DNA of 63,871 nucleotides, the filler included, from Octopus bimaculoides (Eukaryota): the NCBI RefSeq assembly GCF_001194135.2. It is 4 parts of 4 records of this genome, joined end to end, with 100 filler letters (N's around TTAATTAATTAA, not from the genome) between each part and the next. Parts side by side here need not be neighbours in the genome. Positions count along the whole stretch, not along the records: positions 1 to 28,360 come from NC_068993.1; 3 more parts are not named here. One strand, given 5' to 3'. Below, piece by piece: positions 12,966-25,917 of the stretch. The notes beneath the pieces are model-generated. The model had not been told where the DNA came from and did no database searches. It saw nothing but the letters and a program-made list of their open reading frames with translations. Each line of letters begins with the position of its first letter. Within the stretch, counting starts at the first letter, position 1. The translations under genes were made by a program, and so were the position numbers.

Positions 12966-13289
12966 CTGCCACCTATCAGTTTCTTCAATTTCTGTTCCAG
13001 TTGATTTCATATTAGGTGTAATGATGTAGTTTAGTATGCTAAATAAAGTTCATTTTAGTCAGAAATCAATAAATAGAGAGTTAATGCCTTTTAGAGTTTA
13101 CAAATTTTAGGTGATTTTAGCCAATCGTATGCTACAAAAACATTCATGCCCGTTTCTATAGTAACAAAGCAAGCTGTTACTAAGCTATTTACTCACGCGG
13201 TCATTTTTCGCTTATTAAATGGCTGTTGTGAGATGTGCTAAAACTAATATCTAAATACTCCTTAAATGACNNNNNNNNNNCTTGGTTTT

Positions 13290-13680
13290 TGCATAATCGT
13301 ATGAATTCGCGTGTGTAGAATACAAATTAGCAAAAAAAATTCTGAAAATTCCATAAAATAAAATGTTATGAGGGGTTACATGGCGTGCGTAAAGCAGAAT
13401 TCCGCCAATATTTTATTTGTTTACAGTTGAAAACGTGCTGTCACGTGCAAAACGACAGCTTCCAAATCCTGCTTTCTGACTGGGTAAAAACGATCAAACT
13501 TTTAACTGTAACTTTTTTTTTTTTAATTCTGTGAAAAGCTAAACATCCTCCGAGATTGAGCGTGGAAAATTACACCAATACGCCGAATTTTAAAATTTTC
13601 CCTAAACTTTAAAATTTCCACTGGTGCAGCCAAACAGAAAAGATCCGTGCAACACTTTCTGGGTACCCAGATATTAGAAT
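13290..13680 (+). repeat. Unclassified interspersed repeat, same family as 7205-7440
   Basis: Visible homology to 7205-7440. Confidence 0.55.
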
Positions 13681-14308
13681 ATGTCATAGTAGTAGTAGTA
13701 GCAGCACTGAATAAAAATACAACTCGTGTTTTTGTTGTAAACATTAAATATTCTTCCCTGATGTAAGACTAATTCCCATGGGTTTATTTTTGTTCTTCAT
13801 TTAATCAGATGATAGCATTTATTTGTAAATTATTGTATTCTTTCTTATGGTTATAGAGCTCAATCTTACATCACTTGTTTTATTCTTGTTGCGACAAGCA
13901 TATAAATATTGTTTCAGCTGAAAATAACACTCATCATTGTAAGTTTTCCGTTATGCAGACAGGGATTAGACAGAGCTTATTTTGCCATAAGACTGTCGAA
14001 TTACTTGATCAATTACTCATTCTAACTTTCCTGCATGACAAAAAGAATTGCTCTTTATCGACCATAGTGAAAAGAATGGTAAATTTGTACTATATTAGTA
14101 AATTGTATATATTAAGTGAAAAATTTTGTTGTTGTTAACTCTGCCTGCTACTCTACTTGAATTTTAGTCTACTCCAGCCAATTGGTGGTCATTTGACTCT
14201 AGAATTTCTATTGTCGAATATAGTTTGTACCCACATCTATAGGTATATATACATGTATGTGTAGATGACTCAGTTGTGGTGTTTAAATATAAAACTAAAT
14301 AACCATGC

Positions 14309-14690
14309 AGGCGCAGGCGTGGTAAGAAGGTTGCTTCCCAATTACATGATTCTGGGTTCAGTCCTACTACGTGGCACCTTCTACTATAGCTTCGGGCTGG
14401 CCAAAGTTTTACGAGCGGATCTGATAGACGGAAACTGAACGAAGTTCGTTGTATATCGATGTGTGTGTGTCTTAGAGTCTGTGTTTGTCCCCCACCACCG
14501 CTTAACAACCGCTATAGGTGTGTTTACGTCCCCGTAACCTAGCGGTCCGGCAAAGAGAACGATAGAATAAGCACCAGGTTGCAGAAAGAAAGAAAAAACA
14601 AAGAGCACTGGAGCCGATTCATTCGGCTAAAAATTCTTCAAGGCGGTGCCCCTGCATAGCCGTAGTCTAATGACTTAAAGAAGTGAAATA
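14309..14690 (+). mobile_element. Family-B SINE, near full length
   Basis: Head GGCGCAGGCGTGGTAAGAAG, central (TG)n, tail AAGGCGGTGCC...ATGACT. Confidence 0.88.
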
Positions 14691-17600
14691 CTAGTTTAGA
14701 TCTACTCATCTTTGGGCTCAGCATGCTTCCACTGTACCACTCTACTCAGCGAGTTTTTAAGTAAATGTATAATGGAGGTAAGACTATTGAAAAGGTTGCA
14801 AGACTCAACGAAAATTTTTGGGAAATAAAAATAAGGAATAAGTGGAAATTTTACCGGTGAGTGTGTTAAATTATAAAGCACAAAAAGAAAATGACTCTCC
14901 CCAGACACAACAGAATATGCTTCAACACACGAACTCACATAAAGAATCTTGCAAACCAAATCCAAAAACGAAATATAATGGATTATTTCTCTATTGTCTG
15001 TTTTCGGTCTCATTACTTCTATTACATCATCAATCTTATGTTATTTATTTATTTCTATGCTTTGGACTCTTTCAAATGAACGAAGCATAGCAACAACACA
15101 ATGCATGCAACATTGCTATGTTAATTTACTTGCTGAAAGGCGACATTTCACTCTGCCAATACTCCGAGAGTCATTTGACAAAATCACATACCTAGATCTA
15201 TGCGTTGTAAAAGTCTTTTGGGCGTCTACTCATTTGTCATTTTCAGATCAACCAGGAGCCAATCAATTGTATAAATGTCTCCCCAGTGCAGCACAGCAAA
15301 CAAGCTTGCTAGTCTTGTTACAATATGGCCTGTCACATGTCACTTTCTTGACTGTAGATGTGTTCAAAATAATTTACATTGACTAATCATTTCAAATTTT
15401 GAAAATAGTAAGGTTTAGCAGTCTTAAAACATATCACATTACGAAATATATTTCACAGAAGTTCCCCAAACTAGAAACTTTTAATTAGCTATTATCCTGG
15501 ACTAAAAAAAAATTATCCATGGAGTATCAATCTAGCAATATCAATATATGTAATTACCATAAACGTCTACACATGAACCTCAAAATGTGTTTATCCTTAC
15601 GAGATAGAAAAGCAACTCAACATAATGAAACCCTAAGATATAAAAGATTCATAAACAAGCATATCGGACATACATTTCCATCTTCAGCTGCCTAATGGGT
15701 ATCATTTGTATTAGGTCAGGAAGAGAAAGCAATTCTCATGATCCTTCATAGTTTTTAGCGCGTCCTATATTGATGGGAAGAAGTGCGGAAAGTTATTCTA
15801 AATCCGGTGATCGGTCCAGATGCTAACAATAAAATGAACTCCGCTAAAAGTACAAGCGGACCAGCCGGTGATTGAGTAAGTCTACTCTCCAAGTTTACCA
15901 CCGACATGGACTGGTATTTTGTTTATCAACACCGTGAATCTGAAAGGTGACTTCGACCTCAGTGAGATTTGAGTTTATAGAGCAGACAATAGGAACAAAT
16001 AATACTAGGTGTTTTGCCCTACGCTTTTCGTTTCACAACTACATGGTTCAAGTTTCGTTCCCACTGCTCAGCACTTCAGGCAAGTATCCCATACATTGAA
16101 AACCTCAATATATCAGATCGGCTGATCAACTATAAAACAGTCAACAGGTGGGCCATGTTCCTATTACAACCGACTCCATTCTAAACGACAGTTAATTGGC
16201 AAAATGCTGTTATTACTGTTCATGTGCTATTGTTGTTTTGTAACATATGAGTAAAATTATAATTAAAAACGTTCCAACCGTGGACATTCCATATTTTACT
16301 CAAACTGGGCATCAGAGAGTACATTATACAATGTATTATTTTTCCATTCTTTAAGGCGTTGATATTATTTGAAGGACATTTGGATACCTCAGCTTCTTGT
16401 AGCAAGTCGATAGACCATCTAAAACCTCCTTCATTGGTTTAAAACGTTAACATTTGGATTTGAGAGAAATTTCGCAGCTATTTTTAGTAGGCCGAGCTAT
16501 TACACAAGGTATTCCACGTGGTCTCAGATTCCAAAAGACTGGACGCAATTCCGTGGTAACACCAAGGCGTTTTAATTCAGTGTATAAGTTTGGGTTCCGT
16601 AAAAGCTATTAAATACTTTATCAAGAATCGTATTAAGGACACTGACACAGAATATTTGAAGACGATGGATGAAAACGATGGATTCGCAGAATCGTTAAAA
16701 TATCCAATAAATATCTAACGATAGCTATTCCGACCCTTTGTGTCCTGTGCTCAGGTACTGTCGAAACCAAGTTTACCTAGGGGGTCCATAAATACAGTAC
16801 TAGTCAAATATTGTTGTGGGGTGGGGCGGTAGATATTTTATCTCTTTCTCAGGGAGTTGCGGAGCGTCATTCACGATGCCCACTTTCTCCAAGAAATCGA
16901 GAAGATTTAACTGATAATAATTAGGTCTTAAGTATTTAGTATTGTGTCAAATAGATTAATGTTTAGTAAGAATGGGGAGGGAGAGGAAGACATTCATTAA
17001 GTTGATTTTAATACTGGTGGGTGGTATGCAAATTATTAATTTAGTTGAGTAGGAATCATATTTGTTGTTGTGGAGGACCAGGTCAACTCTAGTGAAATTG
17101 ATCTATAAAATGCAGGTAGTCGACCGAAAACTAAATTCTATACAAAGATAGAGTTTAGATACACGGAAGCAAAGTCTAAGGACCACACATGTAATATATC
17201 GGAAGGGATGCAGTGACAGTCTGTACATGCTGTTCTCTCCTCACAGTCATCCGCAGATTCTATCAGAAAGCAATGCGAAGCTGGATAAAATAGACTCAAA
17301 TAGAACGCCGTAGGTGACGTTCCACTACATTTCTCATTGGTGGTGTGCATATCAGCATAATATTTTGCGCTAATGTATCTACAGATGCATTTATTTTATT
17401 TTACTTTATTTTATTCTTGCTTGCTCGGATTAAGAGGGACAAACAGAATGGTGTGATTACAGTGAACGCACATGTAGCGACAGGGAGTCAGAGCATCCTT
17501 CCTCAGCAGTGGTAATGAAAAGAAAGGAAGAAATTAGTGTTTTTAACTATTTAGTGAGTGAGATGACTTTACAGCGGCAATCCGAACAAATTCACAAATT

Positions 17601-18394
17601 TTATTGGTTAAACACTAATATTGTAGTACCGCCAGAATAAATTGGAACTTGGTACTATCATTTGAAATTACTCGAGGTGATGCCAATGCAATTTGCTCAA
17701 TAGCATTTTCGTATGGAATGAAGCTAGATCATGCACTTTCTTCAATGAAAGCTCATCGTTAATGGTATAAAGATCTCACAAACTGTTCACATTTATATCA
17801 CAAATAACAAATCGGGATTCTCAAACAACTCCTAAATCAAATAATGTCAAGAAGTATTCTATCACACAATAATTCACAACTTCAAAAACATACTAGCAAT
17901 TCTAACGATCCCAATAAGACCGATAATAGAGATAACAAGCAGACTGTAGATTCTGTCATATCACATGTTTAACTTAAGGTTGGCTATATGTTTAACTATG
18001 TATGTTGCTGTATGTTGCGTTAGTTCGCCTAGCCACTATGTATTTTCTGGTTGAACTTCTCCTTTGCAATGACTTGGGCAGGTGACTTCCATCAGAGTCT
18101 CGAAGCAATGTGAGTGAAAGTTGGTGGGTAGTAATGCTGCTTCGATTTAGGTGCACAATTTCTGTTCTTGGATGATAGACATAATCTGTCGTGGTGTTTA
18201 ATCCTTTACCATGGTTCCTTGGAGACCTTTAACAGAGTTCACTCTGTTGCAAGAATTCATCCCATTCTTCTACCAGCATCAGAAATCACGAAAATTATCA
18301 CGAGCGCAGCCATTAAAATGAATAAGCCATTAAAAATGAGCAAGCCATTAAAAATGAAACAAGAAAAGGTTGACTTGTTCACACGGCAATAGAT

Positions 18395-18650
18395 ATGTGT
18401 ATGGTTAAGAAGCTCGCTTTGCAACGGCATGGTTTCAGGTTCAGTCCTTCTGCGTAGCACCTTGGACAATGTCTCCTACTATTGCTCTTGGCCTTCATTT
18501 GACGACAAGTGTTGGTTTCTTTACTTAACAGTTCGGCAAGAGATACCATAGAATAAGTATCAAGCTAAAAATAAGCACTAGGGTTCGATTTGTTCGACTA
18601 AACCCTTTAAGCGGTGCACCAGCATGGCCACAGTCCAGTGACTGAAACAA
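18395..18650 (+). mobile_element. Family-B SINE (internally deleted), about 80 bp from the GPCR exon-1 donor
   Basis: Head and tail motifs of family B. Confidence 0.8.
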
Positions 18651-18731
18651 AAAAATATACACACATGCATACATGTGTGTGAGTGTGCGTGTGTATGTGT
18701 GTGTGTAAAATCATATAAAACAGTTACTTAC

Positions 18732-19076
18732 CTGAAATGCAATATCAAACCCAACCAGTACAGTGTAATAAACTTTACAGAAAGCAACTCCAATATTCCA
18801 TTGGAAATAATAGAGATGAGCAAACACCAAATGTCCGAATATACCCCAGAGAGAACTACTGATGCAGATGTTTAATAACAGTTTATCTAAAGGTCTAGTG
18901 TCTCCCTTTTTTATCTTTCGAAGAAGTACAACGACGAGGAGTAGGTTGGGCAACAGCACTGTAAGGCTAATAGTAATATATAATAAATAATAGTAGAGTT
19001 CTTGCTGGTATTTCGATGATTTGTAGGTTCGGTAGTAATTACGTAGTCCGTAGATGGTGTAGTCGTACAATTCCAT
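18732..19076 (-). CDS. Class A (rhodopsin-like) orphan GPCR, coding exon 1 (N-terminus, TM1, TM2, first half of TM3; 115 codons)
   Basis: ORF MELYDY...GFDIAFQ with hydrophobic TM1 (LYITISLTVLLPNLLLVVVLL, N1.50), TM2 and the ECL1 motif WNIGVAFC (C3.25). Ends at a consensus donor CAG|GTAAGT (GT at 18731-18730), phase 0. Confidence 0.88.
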
Positions 19077-19174
19077 GATTTAGTACTTTGGAAAGAGAAA
19101 TAAATAAAATATAGTTAAGACAATAATACACAGGAGTAAAAAAACAACAACAAAGAAACGAACAGAAATAATAG

Positions 19175-19388
19175 TGATTTCAAATTTTGGCACAAAGAAA
19201 CCAGTTTCAAGGAGAATGTAAGTCGATTTCATCGACCCCAGCACTCAACTGGCACTTATTTTATCGACCCCGAAAGGATGAAAGGCAAAGTCCACCTCGA
19301 CGAAATCTGAACTCAGAACGTAAAGACAGACGAAATACAACGGAGCATTTTGCCCGGCGCGGTAACGATTCTGCCAGCTCGCCGCCTT
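19175..19388 (-). mobile_element. Family-A SINE just upstream of the GPCR start
   Basis: CpG-intact copy of the family-A core. Confidence 0.88.
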
Positions 19389-19997
19389 AGAACACAAGTA
19401 ATAATGGGTAACATATACATACAGGCATAACGTGCTGCAAGCTGTTGTCGTTTGGTTACTACAACCGCTATTACAGATTGTTGTGCTTTGATTTGATTAG
19501 ATATTTCAAACCAACCAACTCAGCACCAGCAAATTGCGGAAAGCTATCACTTCTTACAAAATTGAGTGACATCTCTCGTAGGTTATGTATAAACCAGCGT
19601 TCAGTGTACAAACCATTATAGAGAATTCAGTCCCTAGGCCTTTATTCTAATTATTCAAACCCTTAGTGTTACCCTCCTCCTGGATTATTTCTCTTAGCTT
19701 TCTTTTATTATGAATCATTCAAATGAATATTGGCCAAATATATTTCTATTATTCCTTATACATTTCTGATTGCTAAGTTGACGAGGTCTTACAGACCGAA
19801 ACTTGTGTACATAGTTATCTCCCGCTTATAACGAAGATCAAAGTGTCTTTTCCTGATAACTTACTTAAGAATTTATTAAAATTATCTCCCCTTCTCTTTG
19901 GAATTGCTAACACGAGTTCTCTATTTTCCGACTCGCCCAAGAAAGAAAAGTTTAAGAACTTCAGAATTTATTATGTAAAGTCATACCACACCTTTTC

Positions 19998-20148
19998 TAT
20001 CCATCCATCCATCCATCCCATCCCATCCCATCCCATCCCATCCCATCCCATCCCATCCCATTCCATCCATCCATCCATCCATCCATCCATCCATCCATCC
20101 ATCCATCCATCCATCTACCTACCTACCTACCTACCTACCTACCTACCT
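19998..20148. repeat. Compound microsatellite (CCAT)n/(CCCAT)n/(CCAT)n/(CTAC)n
   Basis: Directly visible. Confidence 0.95.
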
Positions 20149-21239
20149 AACCAGAAATACGTGATCCTAGGTTAATTTCCACTGTGCGGTGCTTCAGTAA
20201 CTTCTGCTTTAGCTACGAGTGGACAAATAATACCTTGTGTATGTCACTCACGTGATGGAAACTATACGGAAGCCCATCATATGTGGGCATATGTGTGCAC
20301 ATATTCGATAGGACATTCTCTCTCTCTCTCTCTCATACACACACGCGATTTTAACCAAGTGAGAGCAAAGAAATACCTGAATGAAGAATGACCTCAGGAC
20401 AATGAACCTTTCAGGTGAGATGTGTGGCCCCTTGCTGTACCCAAGAAGACCTGTACTCCACAGTGGTATGTATTTCAACAATATAGACAAATACAGGTAT
20501 ATTAGACACCGTACGAAATTCTCGATTTACTACAATTAACTCCCCCACTAGAGAACGTAACACAGCTGCTAAATAGCAATTTAGAACAGAGTCATAAGAG
20601 AAAGTGAGACAATAACTATCGAAAATTCTCTGAAGTAGACGTGTCATTCAGCACAAGGAAAGGCTTATTGACTAGAGATAAAATGACAGTTGTGGTCACG
20701 CGTTTCTACTTTAATAAGCTCAGTTAGCATGATAATTATTCCACCTTATCTTTAGCAGCCTAGGCACCTAGATAATATACAAAAAAACAAGAACTTGCAT
20801 ATATCTAATATATTACGTTATATAAGATATATATAGGGTAATTATATATATCTTAATTTTGGTTTACATAGTTATTCCTAATACGATCCGCCAGTTACAA
20901 ACGCATATATGCTAGTTGCTGTTGTGTACGTTAAAAAAGAAACCTTTACAACGACAATAAGTTCGTAACATACACGACTCATTGGTGCAAAGGATTCTGG
21001 GACACTGGTGTTTGGCTTATCAGTGCTGTAGCAGAAATATTAAGCAATCGCAACATTAAGAATCGAACCCAGATCACTATATCCGATGCAAAACCGCCCA
21101 CAAAACTTAAGAATTCTATCGCAATTCGCTAAGTAAGATATAACCAAAATCACCAAAAAGTCTGACTATTGAAGACTACGTGTGGAACCGGATCTAACAA
21201 CGATTTTATCTTTGGTGCATTTTTTCTAACCAAAACCAT

Positions 21240-21480
21240 CACAATATATTCAGCGTATTTTAGCCGCGACAACCAGTCAGCTGACGGCAGACCGGACACA
21301 ACACATATCGTCACCAGACAGTAGCAGAACTAGCAGCATGCCAGAGCGCGGTCACAACACAAAGACAATGGACAACGGCGGCTGCAACTCACCGTGACTT
21401 GCTACAATCAAGAAGCTTACGATCGCGACTATCAAACCTAGTCCAAGGACAATAAGCTTCAAATTGTCTTGCTGTTTGTC
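21240..21480. promoter_or_regulatory. Locally GC/CpG-rich unique segment, candidate GPCR promoter or 5' UTR exon
   Basis: CpG-dense, with no recognised repeat, about 2.2 kb upstream of the GPCR ATG. Contains a minus-strand donor ACG|GTGAGT (GT 21392-21391). Confidence 0.3.
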
Positions 21481-22249
21481 GTTGGCAGTAACGACAACTT
21501 TTATTTACGATAAAAATGTTTTTTTCTTTAAAAAATCTCAAAATAGTACTGATATCTGCTAATCGATAAAACAAAAAACATTTCAGATCTCGCTGTTCAC
21601 TGCACAAATAACGATTTTATATCGGTCGGCAGATACAAGCACTGATTAGAAAAAAAGTTTGTTCACTGAAATTATAAACGCTCAAAGGTTCGAGTGCTTC
21701 TCGCTAATGGCACACAACATGTCGAAACACCCATATCTCAGAATCCCTTGTACCAATGTATTGAATGTGTTATGAACACATTTTCGCCGTAAAAGGGAAG
21801 AGTTGTTCTCCTGAGACGTACACAACAGCAACTAACATATTTACAGTCGAGTCTGCCAGAACGCATTGAAAATAAATATGCAAATCATCGTTTCATCTCT
21901 CGCTGTATGCAGTGCAATTAACATATGTAAATCTGTTACTGGTTCAAAGGTGGCAGAGATTATTCGTCACCCAGTTTAACACCACTATCCAACCCGAGGG
22001 TATCTTTAGTGATATCCACTATGTTGCAAGCATTTGGGTCAGGAAAGTGACCTAGGTATAACTTTCCCACGATGCCATTAAAAAATATAAAATTCCATAT
22101 TGGACATATATAAGATGACGATGACTTGGCAAGCATTTGAGAATGCTGCTCATTTACTTTCGTTGTTTTGAGGTCTGAGTTCAAATCCTACTGAAATGAA
22201 GCGAGTCTACTGTATGTTTCCAACTTCTTTCCCGCAGTCCTTGTAAGCA

Positions 22250-22492
22250 TTTTACTTCCTATTTCTTTATTGCCCACATGGGTCTAAACATAGAGGGGAC
22301 AAGCAAGGACAGACAAATGGATTAAGTCGTTTACATCGACCCCAGTGCGTAAATGGTACTTAATTTATCGACCCCGAAAGGATGAAAGGCAAAGTCGACC
22401 TCGGCGGAATTTGAACTCAGAACGTAGTGGCAGACGAAATACCGCTAAGCATTTCGCCCGGCGTGCTAACGTTTCTGCCAGCTCGCCACCTT
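22250..22492 (-). mobile_element. Family-A SINE, near-consensus, CpG-intact
   Basis: Full head-to-tail match to the other copies. Confidence 0.9.
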
Positions 22493-23621
22493 GGCACTTT
22501 ACTTCTAGGACCTAAGATAGATTGCCTGCGTAAAATAATGATATCTTATCTTTTTATTACTGTTTTGTTAATCATAATGATTTCTTCTGCTTAAAATAAT
22601 GCGCACGCACGCATACATCCTAGACTGTATCAAGAAAGTAATCACAGAATAACTAAACCTTCCGATCGGACAGGTATTGGGTTATGTAAGCTGTAGGAAA
22701 GATATGCAGATGTATGAATATACTTCAATGTAAAGAAATTCACCATTTCGCGAATTTTTCTGTGAGTGCTTGCATGCGTGTGGATATACGAGTGTTTAGC
22801 TGCAAACACCTTTCTTTCATAATCTCTAACGTAATTAACACACATATGTACATATATTGCTTGGTGTACCGATATATATGGCTGTAACGGAAAATAAAAG
22901 CTAAACTTGTTGAAGTCAAATATACATTAAATATTAAGGAATAGAATAACTGTTCCTGTACGAATTTCCGTATGGAAGTGATTTAAACAGCGAATTGTGC
23001 CAACAAGGAAGTAGAAATAACATTGTACCATCCCCATAAATAATTAGTTTAATTATCTCAACTCAATCATTTACTCTTCTAAAATGGTTAAAGGTTAAAT
23101 CTAAGAATCACTGCCGGAAGTAACATAATCCATTACACATTTAAATGTTCACTCGACACCCAAACAATTTAATGCTATGACAACTTTACGTACATAAATA
23201 ATATTTCAAAATAAGAACGTTGAATGAAACCAAATATGGAATATACAAATGCGATATGATCGTAAAATAAAACATCTTCGACTGCACCCAGAAATGGGTT
23301 ATCTCTATCTTTTCCACCTTTACTATAATGGCTCATGTCACATTCGTCTTTCTTCCTCACATTATCACTTGTGGTATCAAACGCCAGCCAGGCCCCGCAT
23401 TGATCAAACTACATCTCGTCTCTCTGTCGATGAACATCGTCACACTAGTACTTCTTCCCAGTTCGTATCTTTCTCACAAGTACAAACGTTCAGAAAGAAC
23501 ATGGAAGAAGAGTAATGACATCAATCTCATCGGCTTCGGTGAGTGGGAGCTGTGAAACCCATGGGCACCGACCCTTTATCCAGATACAGAAAATTAAGAA
23601 AGTGAAACAATCTCCTTACCT

Positions 23622-23965
<344 letters not shown>

Positions 23966-25769
23966 TGATGCAACTTAAAATATCTTGAGTCAGTTATCAG
24001 TAGTTACACATGACAAAAAGGAGAAAAAAATAACATTTTGGAACAAGCTGTATTATAAAATTCACATCTCAAAACTCGCAAAAGATATATACATGCAGTA
24101 AAAATGAAATATGATATATGTGCGTATGTGTGTGGTCGTGTGCGAGAGGGTAGATACATGTGTCTGTATATGAGTGCATCCAGTTATATGTGTGTATATG
24201 ACTGGTGAGTTTTAGTGGTTGAATGTATAACAAAATTTCTCTTACTTTATGGACAGTTTTCCGTTCCGATAAAGGTTGTATGATGCTGTCCTCCTAAAAT
24301 AATATATTTTTATCCAATATCCGGGAAGTTCTTTATAAATCATTAGTATTGTCTTCGTCTGTTTGCAAAACAAAACAAAATCTGAGGCACTTCTTTTGGA
24401 ATATATTCATTATAAATATAAACGGGGTACTGATTTATAAAAAAAAATGTATATTAATGTAAGTAGAATAAGTATATAATTATTCCATGGAGTTATTTTT
24501 ATATTCAACTGACGCTTTTCTTTAACATTAAACTAGAATTTTGCAAACATTCCTTTGTAAGAAAGAATAGCATGTTTTCCTTTCCTTTTCATCACACTCG
24601 ATTTTAAAAGTGTAGAATTACGGATTAAATTCTTTGCAATATTTGATAACATTTCTTTACGTTCTCAGTTCAAACTTCTCCCTGGTCAACGCTTATTTTT
24701 AATCTCCAGTAGTTGGACATAGTTAAGATGTCGTTATATAAAGAAGTCGAATTAATCCACTATATCTTATTGCCAAATGTTCTAGTCTGGTTCAAATGGT
24801 TGACATCTAAGTTAACTAAATCAATTATAAAGGCGTGTAGTGCCGATGACTGAGAGACTAAAATGCTAGAGTTATCATTTTAAATATAACATCAGGCTTG
24901 ATAACGTAATTATGGGCATGTTCGAATCCTACCAAGCTAGACATTTTATAGCTTCCAATAAAATTGTGAGTATTGATGAAATAAGTAATCCGTATAATAT
25001 TGAGGTTCCATCAATCAGTCCATTGCATTTCGGTCACAAAATACATCCATTGAACGACACTCGTTATTTCAAACAAAAACAGAATACCAAGATATATACA
25101 TATAATCACATTTTTAAGCGTTTTCCTGTTGCCTTTATTTATTCATTGTAGAGATATCAATAATATTTCTGTTGTTTCAATACCATATTGCGCCCAGTTC
25201 AATTTCTGTCAGTTTGACGTCTCGTCGATCAACATTAAATATCGTTGAAATAACGTAACAATAATTTATCTTTTTCAGTCGAGTATCCACCGCTTTCTTT
25301 GAAATGAAAAAATCCTTATTCAATAGTCTTGCAAGTAGAAGTTACATACAATATTTCTAAACCCTCGATGCTTGATTATGGTTCTTGATGCTATCATAAC
25401 AGAACGATCTTTTTCCCAGTTGTTGCATAAATATGAAAATATTGTGAAGCTTATGAAGTTTTCTTTCGTTAGATTTTTGTTTATATGTTCGTTAAGAATT
25501 TCCTCTTTGAGTTTTGGTTTCGAAGCCGTGACAAAATCAAAATAAAATAATTAATTTCTTTTTTTGCAAATATATAAACGTAATGTCAAAGTTCTATACT
25601 TTCCTTCTTGTTTTTACCCTCATATTTCATAATCCGCAATCACAGACTTTAAAACAAAACTGAAATTCATTCCTCAAACTGACGCAATACCAGTTAAGTC
25701 AACAAATACAAGCTATTCTATTTTTAATGTCTTTGTTATTGCTGTAGCTGTTGATATTGTTGCCGATTT

Positions 25770-25833
<64 letters not shown>

Positions 25834-25851
25834 CGTAGTAGTAGTAGCAGC

Positions 25852-25916
<65 letters not shown>

Positions 25917-25917
25917 A
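25770..25917. repeat. (TAG)n microsatellite, about 49 units with an interruption
   Basis: Directly visible. Confidence 0.95.

Noticed and set aside
17138-17350. Cys-rich 70-aa minus-strand ORF in the GPCR intron
   Set aside because: No signal peptide, splice context or known Cys pattern. Its length is expected by chance.
20411-20647. 78-aa minus-strand ORF upstream of the GPCR
   Set aside because: No recognisable family or transmembrane continuity with the receptor. At most part of a 5' UTR.
25320-25545. ATG-less minus-strand open frame (..EEILNEHINKNLTKENF..) faintly like a BACK domain
   Set aside because: No bounding splice sites, and the similarity is too weak to support without a profile search.
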